Positions 27,014-39,266 of a stretch of 64,000 nt of DNA are shown here, in pieces. Origin of the DNA: Leptogorgia sarmentosa (taxonomy: Eukaryota). Location of the stretch: assembly GCA_964658305.1 (NCBI GenBank), contig OZ210885.1, positions 14,446,001 to 14,510,000 of the forward strand. Direction: 5' to 3'. Under the pieces are notes generated by a model. The model did no database searches, was not told the DNA's origin, and saw nothing but the letters and a program-made list of their open reading frames with translations. The position numbers and the translations under genes are program-made. Each line of letters starts with the position of its first letter. Position 1 is the first letter of the stretch.

Positions 27014-27752
27014 CTAACGATTTTTTGCAAACTCTAACAAAGTCTGTAACAAGTTCTGATTTTGTTGACGTTGAGCTTCAAGTTCCCTGTTCCTCATTTC
27101 TAGCTCTTGCTTTCGAACTTCCAGTTCTTCTTTTTTAAACTCAATTTCCTGATTAGATTTATCTCTTAGGAATTCTACAATAGCTGTTTTCTTGGCTTTG
27201 AACGAGTCGTTTACTGATGTCGCTTTTCTTTTTGCTGTTTCTCTAGCAGTTTCCAACGCGACCAATCGTACATCCTCTGCTTGAATTCTGTCTTCTTCCT
27301 TTGCCGATTTCCCCTTTTCTCGTTCCTCTCCCAGACTTTCAAAAAGAGCTGAAGCTTCCTCGATAGCGTCATCAAGCTCACTCGACTCATAGGTGCCAAT
27401 GCCTGAAGCATTAATTTCTTCTCTCTCTTTCTTCTTAAATTTTCTTTCCAACAAATTATAGCGATCGCGTACAGCCCTTATATCCTTCAGATTGAACACT
27501 ATATCTGCTCTACCATTCAAATTATCAACGATTTTTTGCCAAACTAACCCTATTTGTCTCGAACCCTTAGGATGGTCAAAAGGACGTTCGGCTAGAATTT
27601 CCTTTACCAACTCGAGGTCATGTTGGTCAGTCCACTTCATGACTTGAGATTTACTGCAAAACAATTCAAACATGGTATTCAATACTGAAAATTAGTTAAT
27701 TGAAATGCTTTTTGCAAGAAAAACCTCACCTCTGCTTGTTTGGATCAGCCAT
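27014..27752 (-). CDS. Myb/SANT-like partner of Harbinger 3: exons 27752-27730 and 27653-27014, 220 aa
   Basis: MKWTDQHDLEL...WQKIVDNL...VRDRY and a coiled-coil tail; phase-2 GT-AG intron. Confidence 0.85.
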
Positions 27753-29786
27753 ATCCGCATAAAACGTACAAACACCCAGACGTTGTCAACACAACGTGAG
27801 ATTGTACAAAATGGCGTCGTCCGGAGAACGGCAACGTCTTGACGCCGTATGTTTGTAAATTATTTATGATAATTATTTTAAATTATGCGATAATCAGGTC
27901 TTTTCACGTCGCCGTCGTCACTTCCCGTCGCGTTGCCAAACTCTCTATTATCGCCAGGACAACGCGGGTTGCTACCATAGCGGACAAACAATTGTTTCTA
28001 GCAGTACACTGGGGAAGAAGGCAGGAGTGACACTGAAACGCCTTGATTTTTCGGACCCCCGAGGAGGTAAAGGGGCATGTGATCGGAAAGCGGCTACGAT
28101 TAAATCCCACATGAACATCTATCTGAACGCCGGACATGACATAAGTACACCAGAGCAAATGTGTGAAGCCATGTTATCAAGTGACGGAATACCCTCCCTC
28201 AATGTTATTCTCTGCGGCTCGGTGAAAGGAGAAGTGCCGGCGTACAAGATTGATGGTATTAGTTTACTGTCAAACATCGAATACTCGACGCAGGGTATTA
28301 GCGCTTGGCGTGCTTATGGCATTGGTGAGGGGAAGATTGTGAAGCCGAAGCCTGCTACCCTTACAGATTCATTACCTGAAGTTGTCGTCCTTTGCGTTCA
28401 TGAGAGCAGCTTCTCTAGTGTGAAGCACCGCACGGCTAAAAGGGACACGGGCAAAGCTAAAACCGACCAAGGGAATCAGCCATCTGTGAAACAAGAGGAA
28501 GCAGATGGTTTGTTTTCCTGTCCTGAAGATGGCTGCGAGAAAACGTTCTTACAGCACTCTTCAATGTTACGTCATCTTGACTGTGGAAAACACCAGTTCA
28601 CCTTGGAGCGGGAGACACTTTTCGATGTATCTGCCCGAAAGTACGCTGATTTTCTAGAGGGGGGGAACACTGCTCCTGCTCCTGTCATAACAGCGGAAAC
28701 TACAGCATCAGCTTCGGGAAGACCAATCCGACAAAGTATGGGCTGGGCACTCAAAGCAAACGAGGGAAGGCGACGTTTTATGCCAGCGCAACGCTCCTAT
28801 CTGGAAGACAAATTTAAGATAGGAGAGCTCTCTCATCACAAGGCTGACCCATCATCAGTCGCTAAATCAATGCGACGAGCCAAGGATGTGAATGGTTCAA
28901 GGCTATTTGCATTTGAGGAGTTTCTAACCGCTAAACAAGTGGCAAGCTTTTTCTCTAGACTTGCCTCAAAGAAAGCCCTTGCGCCAGAAGAAGATGAACT
29001 TGAAGCTCTTGAATCTGCTGCTCAAGTAGCTACCGCCCATGAGTTATTGGCAGTCGCAGTTGATGAGCTGTCTTTAAAGCATCCTGTGGTGTACGACTCA
29101 CACAACCTGTGTGATCTGGTTTCCAAGGGTAAACTTGGAAAATTTGCAGTCCCCGTGCTTAAGGCCATGTGTAGCCATTTGGGTATCAATACAAGCGATA
29201 TCAAGGCAAAGCGTAAACAACCCTATATTGAGAGAGTGAATGCACTTTGCAATTCATGCAGCTGTAAGCAGTATACGTAGAGTTAGTGAGGCAGATAAAT
29301 CGGGGGACGGTGGGATGCACGTATTGTCAGCTTTTTAAGTCTTCTTAGGTTATGTGCTTCAAATTAATCAATTCTATAAGCTGTCGTTAGATCTCACGTT
29401 TGAGGTTAGTTTTTTTTTCATAGAAACGAAATAATAATCGACTTTAGATTTTTTGTGCGTTTTAGGGCCAAGTTAGAATTCGTGAAAATGGCGTTCACAC
29501 GCGCTTTTTATCCAGTTAATGTTGTTGTACTTTCCTATATTAAATAGAATAGAATCAATTTAAAATATGAGACCTAATTGAGACTACTTGTATTATACAG
29601 TTCTTTTTATATGAAACAAGACGATGCCTTTATAAAAATCAAAACGATGTTGCTAATTAAGTGGTTTGCCTGTGGTTTCAAAAAGTTGTAGTTTCGAGAA
29701 CATCACTGGTGAAGTAGGACCAAATATTTGATCATTTAAATGTAAGAGTAACAGAATATCGTGATTATAGAAATTATCTGGCTATA

Positions 29787-30114
29787 CACAGCCAAAAACG
29801 CCACAGACTTGATGCAAATTGTGTGTATTACTGGCCTGATGCAAGTTGCCAACAAGTTGTATCAACCCTGTTGACTTTATCAAATTGCATCGAGTCTGTG
29901 AACATCGGACTTGCGGCAACTTGATATTGGCAGACTTGCTGCAAATTGATAAAACAGCTTTTATCAAGCTTGCAAGCATTTTGCAACTTGCTGCAAATCT
30001 GGTAACAACTTGTACCAGACTTGTTATTCTCAAGCCGGAGCAAGCGATGCGAACGCATCCTGATATCTGCTTGGTGGTAGCAGACTTGCTGCAACTTGGG
30101 CGTTTTTGGCTGTG
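29787..30114. mobile_element. MITE (328 bp)
   Basis: TIR CACAGCCAAAAACGCC / GGCGTTTTTGGCTGTG flanked by TA on both sides. Confidence 0.8.
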
Positions 30115-33100
30115 TAGCTGGCCGTCAATTTAGCAGAAGGAAAGTTATCAGCCTGGCGAGGCGATTGCGTGACGCAAAGTGACGCAACCAATCGATATTT
30201 CGAAGACGGGATTGCCGGGATTGACAAACAAGTAAAAACATGGGATCTGAAAACGCTGTAAAGCGAGCATGTACAATTTTTTTCTTAAAAAGGACTTCTG
30301 TAATTTAGCAGTTTCTTATTTCATCATAGAATATGGCAAAGGTTGGTTTGCAGATTTCGTTGAAGTGCCCCGAACGTGAGCGCACTCCTGCCATAATTTA
30401 CGGATCACGGACATCTAATCAATTAGTGTCTGAAACTTCACCAAAACCCTAAAATGTGACTATTTATTATAAAAGCAGCTTCTGTGGTTCATCTTATGGC
30501 TTTATTAGACGAAATCGCTGGGTTTCAGGACTATTTTGGTCTTGTTTTGTTGTCCAGGTGAGTGTTAGTGTGACGCTTGTTGACAGATGAAGGCCGATTA
30601 GTAACACGATATTGTCATTTTTGAGAGCCCTGTTTCTTTATGTTTTCAAAGAGCCACGCAATAATTTTGATATGACTGTTTAGAGCAGTGTTTCTACTTT
30701 TAGGAAAAATGTATTTTGGCTGATTTTTTATTTGCCCGGAACGATTTATTCCCTTTAGAAAAATGTAAACATATCTGCAAGCGAAATTTGGGTTGTATTT
30801 AACAACTTCTGGCGGCCAAAATATTTGAGTAAAGAAGTAATCTTCAGGCTCAAATTACTTGTTTGAACTTCGGGAAGAACGTTATGAAGTTAGTTTTGTG
30901 GTTTGAGCTTATGCAAAGTGAAAATTTGGTCGATTATAGCTGCGATTTTTCGGTTGAAATTTACGCGCTTTGCCGCTTTTGCGGGGTGGTTGGAGAAAAT
31001 TGTTAATTTGGGGATTTAAAATTAATCCCCGAGAAAAAAAATACCACCACGATTCTTGGGACTCATTGGGGTATCTGTGGACAAAATATGAAGAAATTTG
31101 ATTTTTCATCATGTGCCACGTTCCGCTCGGTCATAGTGGACATTCCCTCTTAATTGTTGGAAACCAAGTATTTACAGCTTCCATTTTCACTGTGTAGGAT
31201 GGTTGGAACCGGTTGACGGTGATGATTACAAGGCTTTTTGTAAAATCTGTAAGGTAGAACTTAAAACGCATAAAAACGATCTAAGAAAGCATGCCGACAG
31301 TGGAAAGCACTTGCAGAAATGTAAAAACAATGAATATTTGTTAGCAACAAGACCTATAAATCAACTCTTTCGACCAACCATATCAGAAGACCGAAAGATG
31401 GTGGAGATACGCACATCCGTCTTTGTTGCTAAGCATGCAGCTGTACTATCGGTTGACCATCTCTCCCTCCTTATGCCCCAAATTTTTCCCGACTCGATTA
31501 TTGCTTCTTCTGTGAAATTGCACCGCACAAAATGTACAGCACTGCTTGTAAATCTTGTCTCACCTTGCCTGTTTGAAGAGCTTATAGAGCTTATAGATAA
31601 CCGATGTTAGTCAAGACAAAATGCTGGCAGTGTGTGTCCGTTACTTCAGCCGAAAACACCATTCTATTGTGACAACCTTTCTAAAAATGGTTCCACTTGG
31701 TGAATCTACGACTTCTGATGCTATCGGAGAAGCTCTCTGCAAAGTTATTAAAGATTCCCGTTTGACCCTGGGGAAACTGATTGGCATCGGAGTTGATGGT
31801 TGTTCTACAATGGTGGGCGTTCATCACAGTCTTGCAACATACTTTCGTGAACTTGTTCCCCACATTGTCATTTTTAAGTGTGTTTGCCACAGTCTACAAC
31901 TGGCAGCAAGTAAAGCATCTGAAACAATGCCCACACTCCTGGACTTTATGGTCAGGGAATCTTACAACTGGTTTTCCCACAGCACAAAACGGCTACTTCA
32001 GTACCGTGAGCTGCACAAATGCATCACTAATGAAGTACCGTTGAAGCTGCGTCAACTCAGTGCAACCAGATGGATGAGCAGATATGAGTGCATCGGAAGA
32101 ATAATCGATCAATGGGAAGCTTTGAAGTTATGTTTCCAAATGGCCAACTCTGACATGTACGAAGACGACAAGAATTATATATACCTGATTTTTTTGGAAG
32201 GAACCTTAAAGGATTTTTCACGAATAAACAAGCTATTTGAGCTAGCTGATGCTGATGTTGTACGTCTTGGTACAGATTTGATAAATTTCTTTTACTCCCT
32301 TTTACAACAGATTGTAATCCCATCAAAGCTTGAAAAAGTAAACAGAAGAGAACTCTTCTCCTACAATTTCAAGAACGATCTGATGCCCGCAAGCTGTGCT
32401 CATCTCGGATATGCGTTTATCAGTAATGCTGAACGCCTGAAGATTCCACAGCAAGATGTAGCAGAAGTCAGGAAGCGATGTTTTGCATTTCTGGTGGAGG
32501 CAGCAAAACAAGTTCAGACGAGACTGCCAGAGAACGTCACTGTCTTCTGGGACATGGCCAGCATTTCACCTGACGACGTTTTAAAAGTTCAGGAGCTGAC
32601 TTGCTTAGCAACTCGCTTTCCAAATATTGTACACGATGTCGACAGTCTAAACAAGGAAATTCGTCAACTCAAATTGCTCGATATTCCAGAGGACGTGACA
32701 AAGGATCCCATAAAATTCTGGGATCAAATCAACGCATACAAAGACGCAGCTGGACAATTGCGCTTTCAGAATCTATTGCAACTCGCATTAAGTCTCTACT
32801 CTTTACCGTATTCCAACGCAGAAGTGGAGCTCATTTTTTCCAAAATGAACTATTTCAAAAATCAGACGAGAAACAGGATGTCCAGCCCTACTCTAGATGC
32901 GTTGATTCGGATTGAAGGTGGTCTTCGTTGGAGGAAGGAAGAATGCCACAACTTCACGGTAACCAATGAAATGAAGTCAAAATTTAATACTTTGACGATA
33001 TATCAACTCAGCAACAAGGACGATATTTTGCCAGACATCGATCACAGTTAAAAATAAACTCTTCAAATGTTTTGTGCTTAATTTATGCATTGAGTAAAAA

Positions 33101-33869
33101 AGACTGAGGTGGCTGTAAATCTGAATCGGTAAAATACGTTTTATCAGTACAGTCAGTATAGGGCAGTGTGCGGACTGTGCGCCTGTGCATGCATTAGTAT
33201 ATTTGTATTCATATTGGGTATCTCTAATTGAGTTGAAGCCTGAAGGACATGCATGGCGATGCGTGGCCGCATAGGTATACTATGAACTGTTGACGTTGTG
33301 TTATGATCTGTATTTTAATTAGTTCTGCAACATTGTATTAACTGTAGTTTTACTGATGCATTTTGAGAGCTACCTGATGTATGTGACTTACCTATGTCAT
33401 TTTGATCATTAAATTGTTGGTACGTTTTATTGATAATAATTATCGATTTATCGAATTATCGTTCTGCAGGACAATGCATGGGGGCCTGAGAACTAGTCAA
33501 CAAATGCAGGTGTGCATCTTGGGATTTTTGGGGGGGGGGAAATAGGGAATCTTGGGATTTTTTGGGAAATTGACTTGGCAACACTGATATTAAGCAATGT
33601 ATTTTGGTTTGGTAGCCTTTTCTTTATCTCTTATTTTGCCTGAGCAAAGTTACTGTTATTGCAAAAGACATTTGTACATAGAAAACAATTTAAATTCATG
33701 TATTGAAAGTATTACACAACTTATTTGCACATACAAAGAACTTATTTTAAATGTAATGAAAGCTTATGTACATATTTCCAAATAAATACTGAATATAATT
33801 GAACATAATAATTTAAGTTGTCTGATTATTATAAATTGAATAACATTTTAAACCCAACACAACAGTTGA

Positions 33870-34731
33870 TTAAGATTGTTTGAACTTATTCATAAATGTT
33901 TGAAATAAATCAAACATTGCCTTTTGGGAGTCCTGCTGCATTTTCATTTGCTGTACCATTCGATTTTGCATGTTTTGCTGTACATCCAATCTTTGTTTTT
34001 GCAGCATAATTTCTTGCTCACGAATTTTCAGTTGTTTTTCGGTGTTTTCCTTGTTGGTATCTTGTTTATATTTAAGGTATTCAAGAAACTCTGTGCTTTT
34101 CCTCTTTCTGCCAGGACCAGAAGTATCTTCCAGCTCTTGCCTTTTCTTTGTTTCTCCTAGTTTTTCGCATGCTTTTTTTCGCATTTCCTCGGCTGTCGTC
34201 TTTTCCTTTTCTACTTTATCTCTTTTCAATTGAACTTCTTGCAGGAAACCGTTTTCACATTCAACCATACGGCTGTGTATATCAGTCAGCAATTGTGTTT
34301 TTTCGTCAAACTCAGTATCAATGCCGGTTGCTCTTGCTTCTTGTGTTTCTTGCTTTTTGAACGCCTCGACAAGTTCGAAAAACCTGGTTCGCACTGAACG
34401 TTGGTTAAGGCTTGGAGGGAAGGCAGAGTTTGGTATCTCGGTCAAACTTATTGCAATATTCCTGAAAGCATCTCCTCGCTCACGAGAGCCATGTTTCCAT
34501 CTAGGGCTCGACGGAAATTACTTCGGTCAAAAGCCACACATCATGTGTGGTTTTCCACCGAAATTTTGTTCGTTGTTTAGCGGGTCTATCGGAAGGAACA
34601 ATAGCTGAATGTAAGTGACATTGAACCATTGAGTAAATAAATAAACTTTTCGAAAAACTTACAGAGTATTTTGATCCATCTCTTCTTCGTGCTCAAGATA
34701 AGCCAGGTCTATATTATTCGTATCACTCATA
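33870..34731 (-). CDS. Myb/SANT-like coiled-coil partner protein of Harbinger 2, 5' part disturbed
   Basis: 191-aa ORF (RSVRTRFFELVEAFKKQETQEARATGI) similar in layout to the Harbinger 3 partner, with a short upstream exon ending in gtaagt near 34660. Confidence 0.7.
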
Positions 34732-36861
34732 TTCGTTTCGACCAACTTTAAAACAATTCTGAATAATAACTGAAATAAAATACAACAAATGAACAAAACA
34801 GAAGTGGAAAAATATTATAAAAACACAACATTCTTGTATTTATTTGATAAAAACAACTTCCCTTTCAAACGGTTCTCCAGACGACCATAAATCGCTTTGT
34901 TACGGTCCCGAAACGAAATCATGCGATGATTCCTCGCGCTCTAGCAGTTACTGCGCATGCCCAGCACATTTAAGGTAGCGGTAGTGGTAGTGAAGTCAAA
35001 TCTGAACCTGTCTACTAACAACGATAACGATGGGTACTGTTCTCAAGTGACAACGGAAATGAATGATATATTTCGGGGCTCAGGTGTTAAAATAGTCCAT
35101 TAAAATATTCGCAGCTTGTTACCTAAGATTGATTAGCTTTGTTTGCTCATATCTAGTATTCAGTAAAAAATCGATTTGTTTACACTGTCCAAAACCTGGC
35201 TTACGGATGATATTGCTGACTCAGAAGTTAGTATTGAAGGATATACTTTCCATAGAAGAGATAGATGTGCTAAAGAGTAAGGTGGGGGACTTGGAATTTA
35301 TGTTAGGAACAATTTGTCGGTAAGCAGAAGGTTTGATTTAGAGCAGTCGAATATGGAAAGTCTATGGGTAGAAGTTAATTTCCCTCACTCTCGCGGATTT
35401 TTGGTTGGTACATTGTATCAACCTCCGGAGTCTTCTTGATACTATAATGATGCATTTATGGATCATTTTGAAGATAGTGCTGAGAGAGCCATATCTAATA
35501 ATAAGGAAGTTATTCTGTTAGGGGATTTTAACTGTAATTTGGCAAAGGGCTCATTGAGTGGTAACGGTAAACAGTTAACCTCGGCACTCAGAAGTCTAGG
35601 GTTCTGCCAGCTGATCAAGGAGGTTACTAGAATAACTGCCTGGTCCGCCACATTATTAGATCTGATAGCGACAAACAACGAAAGGTTTATAAGTAAATCT
35701 GGAGTACTTAATGCTTGTCTTAGTGACCATGACTTAGTATATTGTATCAGAAAAATGAATTGTAAGCGATCATGTGGACAGACTAAGTCTTTTAGAAATT
35801 ATGCAAGATATAATAGCTCAGCTTTTTGTAATGACCTACGAGGGATCGATTGAGAGAAGAAAATGAATTCAATTTTGCCAAAAAGACCGAATGCCAATTT
35901 AAGTGGCAGTCTCGCTAACAGCGGTCCGTCGATCTTCGCATCAGAAAACCAATTTCTCTGAAACTTAGCTCATCAGAAGGGTTTCGTATACAACTAATAA
36001 AAATGGAATATTTTTTTGGAAATGTCTTATGTTCGCTTTTCTAGAAGTTCGAAATCACTCCGGCCTAGCTGACTCATTTGTCCATACCTTACAAGGCCGA
36101 AACTAAGCAATAATGGGGACTGTGTCTTTTCAAAATTAGACAAGCTAGCAAAACGTTTTATTCGCCAATTGTTTTATTCGTCTTTAGTTATAAAAACATG
36201 GAAATGTCAAATTCATTGATTGCTTATTTGATAAGGTGGCAGCTTTGAAAATCACCCCTCTGAGCACGTTGCAGAATTGGTCTCAATTATAGCAAAGTTT
36301 GGGAGTAAAATTCGCGTTTGTTCGACCGAAATTAAAGTAAAAAATTACATCCTTATGTAGATAATAACTTCATCTCCAAGGTTTTAAAGTCAGACTTTCG
36401 GGTAAGTGGCTGTGCGCGTCCCTGAACATTTTAGAACAATTTAGAACATCATTCTTTAAACAAGTTCTTTGTGAATTTTTCACTCTGTTCATGCAGGAGA
36501 ATCCTCTTTCACAGGAGGCAGTAGAAGGACTGAGAGTTAACATTAACTGAACCAAAACTAGAATGTTGCTCAGATGTTCTGGATTCTCTGCTACTAAATC
36601 GCTGTACAAATCAAGGAGATGACTCCTGCCTCTGTGTGCTCCCATCCAAGTCTTAAAATCAGACCACTCATCTGGAATATTTGCAATCTCTTCTTCTGTT
36701 AGAACTGTAGAAAAATGATCAACAAGATTTTCCACATCCTTATCACCATAAACAGCCAGAGCCTCTCGATCATGTGGTAAATGAGATATGTCGAATATGC
36801 CAAAACAAGACAATGGTTTTTTAGATAAGTTCTCAAATCGTTTGTCAAGATAAGCCACAGT

Positions 36862-39266
36862 ACCACTGTGAAGTTGTCACAACATTCATCACGACATTCA
36901 TCACGACATTCATCACGACATTCGTCACAACATTCATCGCAATTCGTAAGCAGATTAAATCTGCTGATAAAGACCACATGTTGCGCGCTTACTATTTACC
37001 ATCATTTAAAAGTTTTAACAGTTAAAGTGTACTATTTCTTGAGCAGATTTAACAAATTCTTCATGTTCTAACCTGCCTTAAATTCCCAAAATAGTTTCGA
37101 GAAGGTTTAGGTTATAATCACTACGAAACCTTTTGGATTCAAAGTCTCTTCTTGTTTGATATATACAATTAGTAGTTTACAGGCCCGACATTTAGTAATT
37201 GTCTAATACTGAAATTTAGTAAGTGTCCAAATTTTTACTTTTAATCACCGTATATATACATATATATAAGAGAATGTGCACACAGATGAGCAGAAGCTAT
37301 ATCATGTAAAGTACCTTAGTAATTAGAATTGTCAAAACTCAAAAGGAGGGGATGGCTGGCCTGTGGCACACTACATATAACATCTAATAATAGATCTCCA
37401 TATATTATAATTACATTCAAACGGAAACTAATTCTTTATACTGAAGAACTTTAATAAGTTACAAAAGTCCTTGTTTCAACCTGAGAAACAAATTAATGAA
37501 ACTCATTTATCTTTGAATTTTTCGAATACTAGACATACAATTTTCACTTCAAACTATACTTAAAAACATTTCATTGCCATTTTAAAGTAAAGGTTTGATA
37601 TGAGAATTAGTCTGCAACTCAAACGGAACTGCATGTGAACTTCAAGTCCTTTTTTTCATTACCTATTCTATAGAAATTTTTTATTTTCATATATGTTATT
37701 CGGAAAACACTGATATATCATACAATGTATAGCTTGGCCTGGGGACCGAATCGTATCTATGCGTTTTTTTACTTTGAACATTGATGTAATATGATGCGTT
37801 TCTGAGGAATGCGCATGTTAAATTTCAAGTCTTTTTCTCGCTTCATTATAGCCATAGATTTTTCATTTTGCAATATATTATACATATTTCAACGACAATC
37901 CCAACAATGTATTGCTTGCCTTTAATATTTCTATACACTGCCGTGTTTCTGCCATTTTAAAGTAAAGGTGTGATGTGAGAATTAGTCTGCAACTCAAACG
38001 GAACTGCATGTGAACTTCAAGTCCTTTTTTTCATTACCTATTCTATAGAAATTTTTTATTTTCACTTATGTTATTCAGAAAACACTGATATATCATACAA
38101 TGTACAGCTTGGCCCGGGGACCGAATCGTATCAATGGGGTTTTTTACTTTGAACATTGATGTAATATGATGCGTTTCTGAGGAATGTGCATGTTAAATTT
38201 CAAGTCTTTTTCTCGCTTCATTATAGCCATAGATTTTTCATTTTGCAATATATATTATACATATTTCAACGACAATCCCAACAATGTATTGCTTGCCTTT
38301 AATATTTCTATACACTGCCGTGTTTCTGCCATTTTAAGGTAAAGGTGTGATATGAGAATTAGTCTGCAACTCAATAGTATATATAATGATATGATTCGGT
38401 CCCCAGGCCAAGCTATACATTGTATGATATATCAGTGTTTTCTGAATAACATATGTGAAAATAAAAAATTTCTATAGAATAGGTAATGAAAAAAAGGACT
38501 TGAAGTTCACATTTGAGTTGAAGACTAATTCTCATATCAAACCTTTACTTTAAAATGGCAATGAAATGTTTTTAAGTATAGTTTGAAGTGAAAATTGTAT
38601 GTCTAGTATTCGAAAAATTCAAAGATAAATGAGTTTCATTAATTTGTTTCTCAGGTTGAAACAAGGACTTTTGTAACTGATTAAAGTTCTTCAGTATAAA
38701 GAATTAGTTTCCGTTTGAATGTAATTATAATATATGGAGATCTATTATTAGATGTTATATGTAGTGTGCCACAGGCCAGCCATCCCCTCCTTTTGAGTTT
38801 TGACAATTCTAATTACTAAGGTACTTTACATGATATAGCTTCTGTTCATCTGTGTGCACATTCTCTTATATATATATATGTATATATACGGTGATTAAAA
38901 GTAAAAATTTGGACACTTACTAAATTTCAGTATTAGACAATTACTAAATGTCGGGCCTGTAAACTACTAATTGTATATATCAAACAAGAAGAGACTTTGA
39001 ATCCGAAAGGTTTCGTAGTCATTATTAGCTAAACCTTCTCGAAACTATTTTGGGAATTTAAGGCAGGTTAGAACATGAAGAATTTGTTAAATCTGCTCAA
39101 GAAATAGTACACTTTAACTGTTAAAACTTTTAAATGATGGTAAATAGTAAGCGCGCAACATGTGGTCTTTATCAGCAGATTTAATCTGCTTACGAATGTG
39201 CGATGAATGTTGTGACGAATGTCGTGATGAATGTCGTGATGAATGTTGTGACAACTTCACAGTGGT
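36862..39266. mobile_element. Non-coding foldback element with 9-bp TSD (Mutator-like)
   Basis: About 880-bp inverted arms (36862-37752 and 38388-39266), TSD AGCCACAGT, subterminal 12-bp repeats, internal tandem unit of about 375 bp. Confidence 0.9.

Larger units (their letters stand above)
25239..27946 (+). mobile_element. PIF/Harbinger transposon 3, apparently intact
   Basis: Perfect 40-bp TIRs, ATT TSD, two open spliced genes. Confidence 0.95.
20462..29280 (+). pseudogene. Multi-exon Sola3 transposase interrupted by Harbinger 3
   Basis: QDWAMKYLP...WFGKRGIPWH, YYRQDNAGCYH restored across the insertion, GKGACDRKAA, C2H2 finger. Frameshift near 24095. Exon borders approximate. Confidence 0.85.
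19608..31149 (+). mobile_element. Sola3 DNA transposon 1
   Basis: GAG...CTC termini, TTAA TSD, about 600-bp TIRs (19608-20208 and 30558-31149). Confidence 0.88.
19508..33051 (+). pseudogene. hAT transposase: exon 1 19508-19589, exon 2 31198-33051
   Basis: Phase-1 splice gives KQFKGWLEP; BED finger CKIC...H...H; GVDG, CVCHSLQL, TRWMS and hATC LPYSNAEVE. A deletion near 31600 appears to remove the first catalytic Asp region. Confidence 0.85.
19167..33586 (+). mobile_element. hAT transposon 1
   Basis: TIR CAGTGTTGCC / GGCAACACTG; 8-bp TSD ATATTAAG at 19159-19166 and 33587-33594; subterminal TTGGGATTTT repeats. Confidence 0.93.
17606..35013 (+). mobile_element. PIF/Harbinger transposon 2, host of the hAT/Sola3 nest
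   Basis: 22-bp TIR AGACAGGTTCAGATTTGACTTC; ACT TSD at 17603-17605 and 35014-35016; convergent transposase and partner genes. Confidence 0.92.
17123..35870 (+). mobile_element. LINE (CR1/L2-like) 5' portion: 17123-17605 plus 35017-35870, split by the nested stack, RT lost
   Basis: 2A-like DIDLNPGP, PHD-like Cys cluster, then APE endonuclease (NIRSL, LLGDFN, SDHDLV). Frame joins across the ACT TSD (GNTNNDNDGY). Confidence 0.82.

Noticed and set aside
36699..37071. ORFs with DECR/HSSR repeats (also 39114-39372)
   Set aside because: Translations of the 12-bp subterminal repeats of the foldback element.
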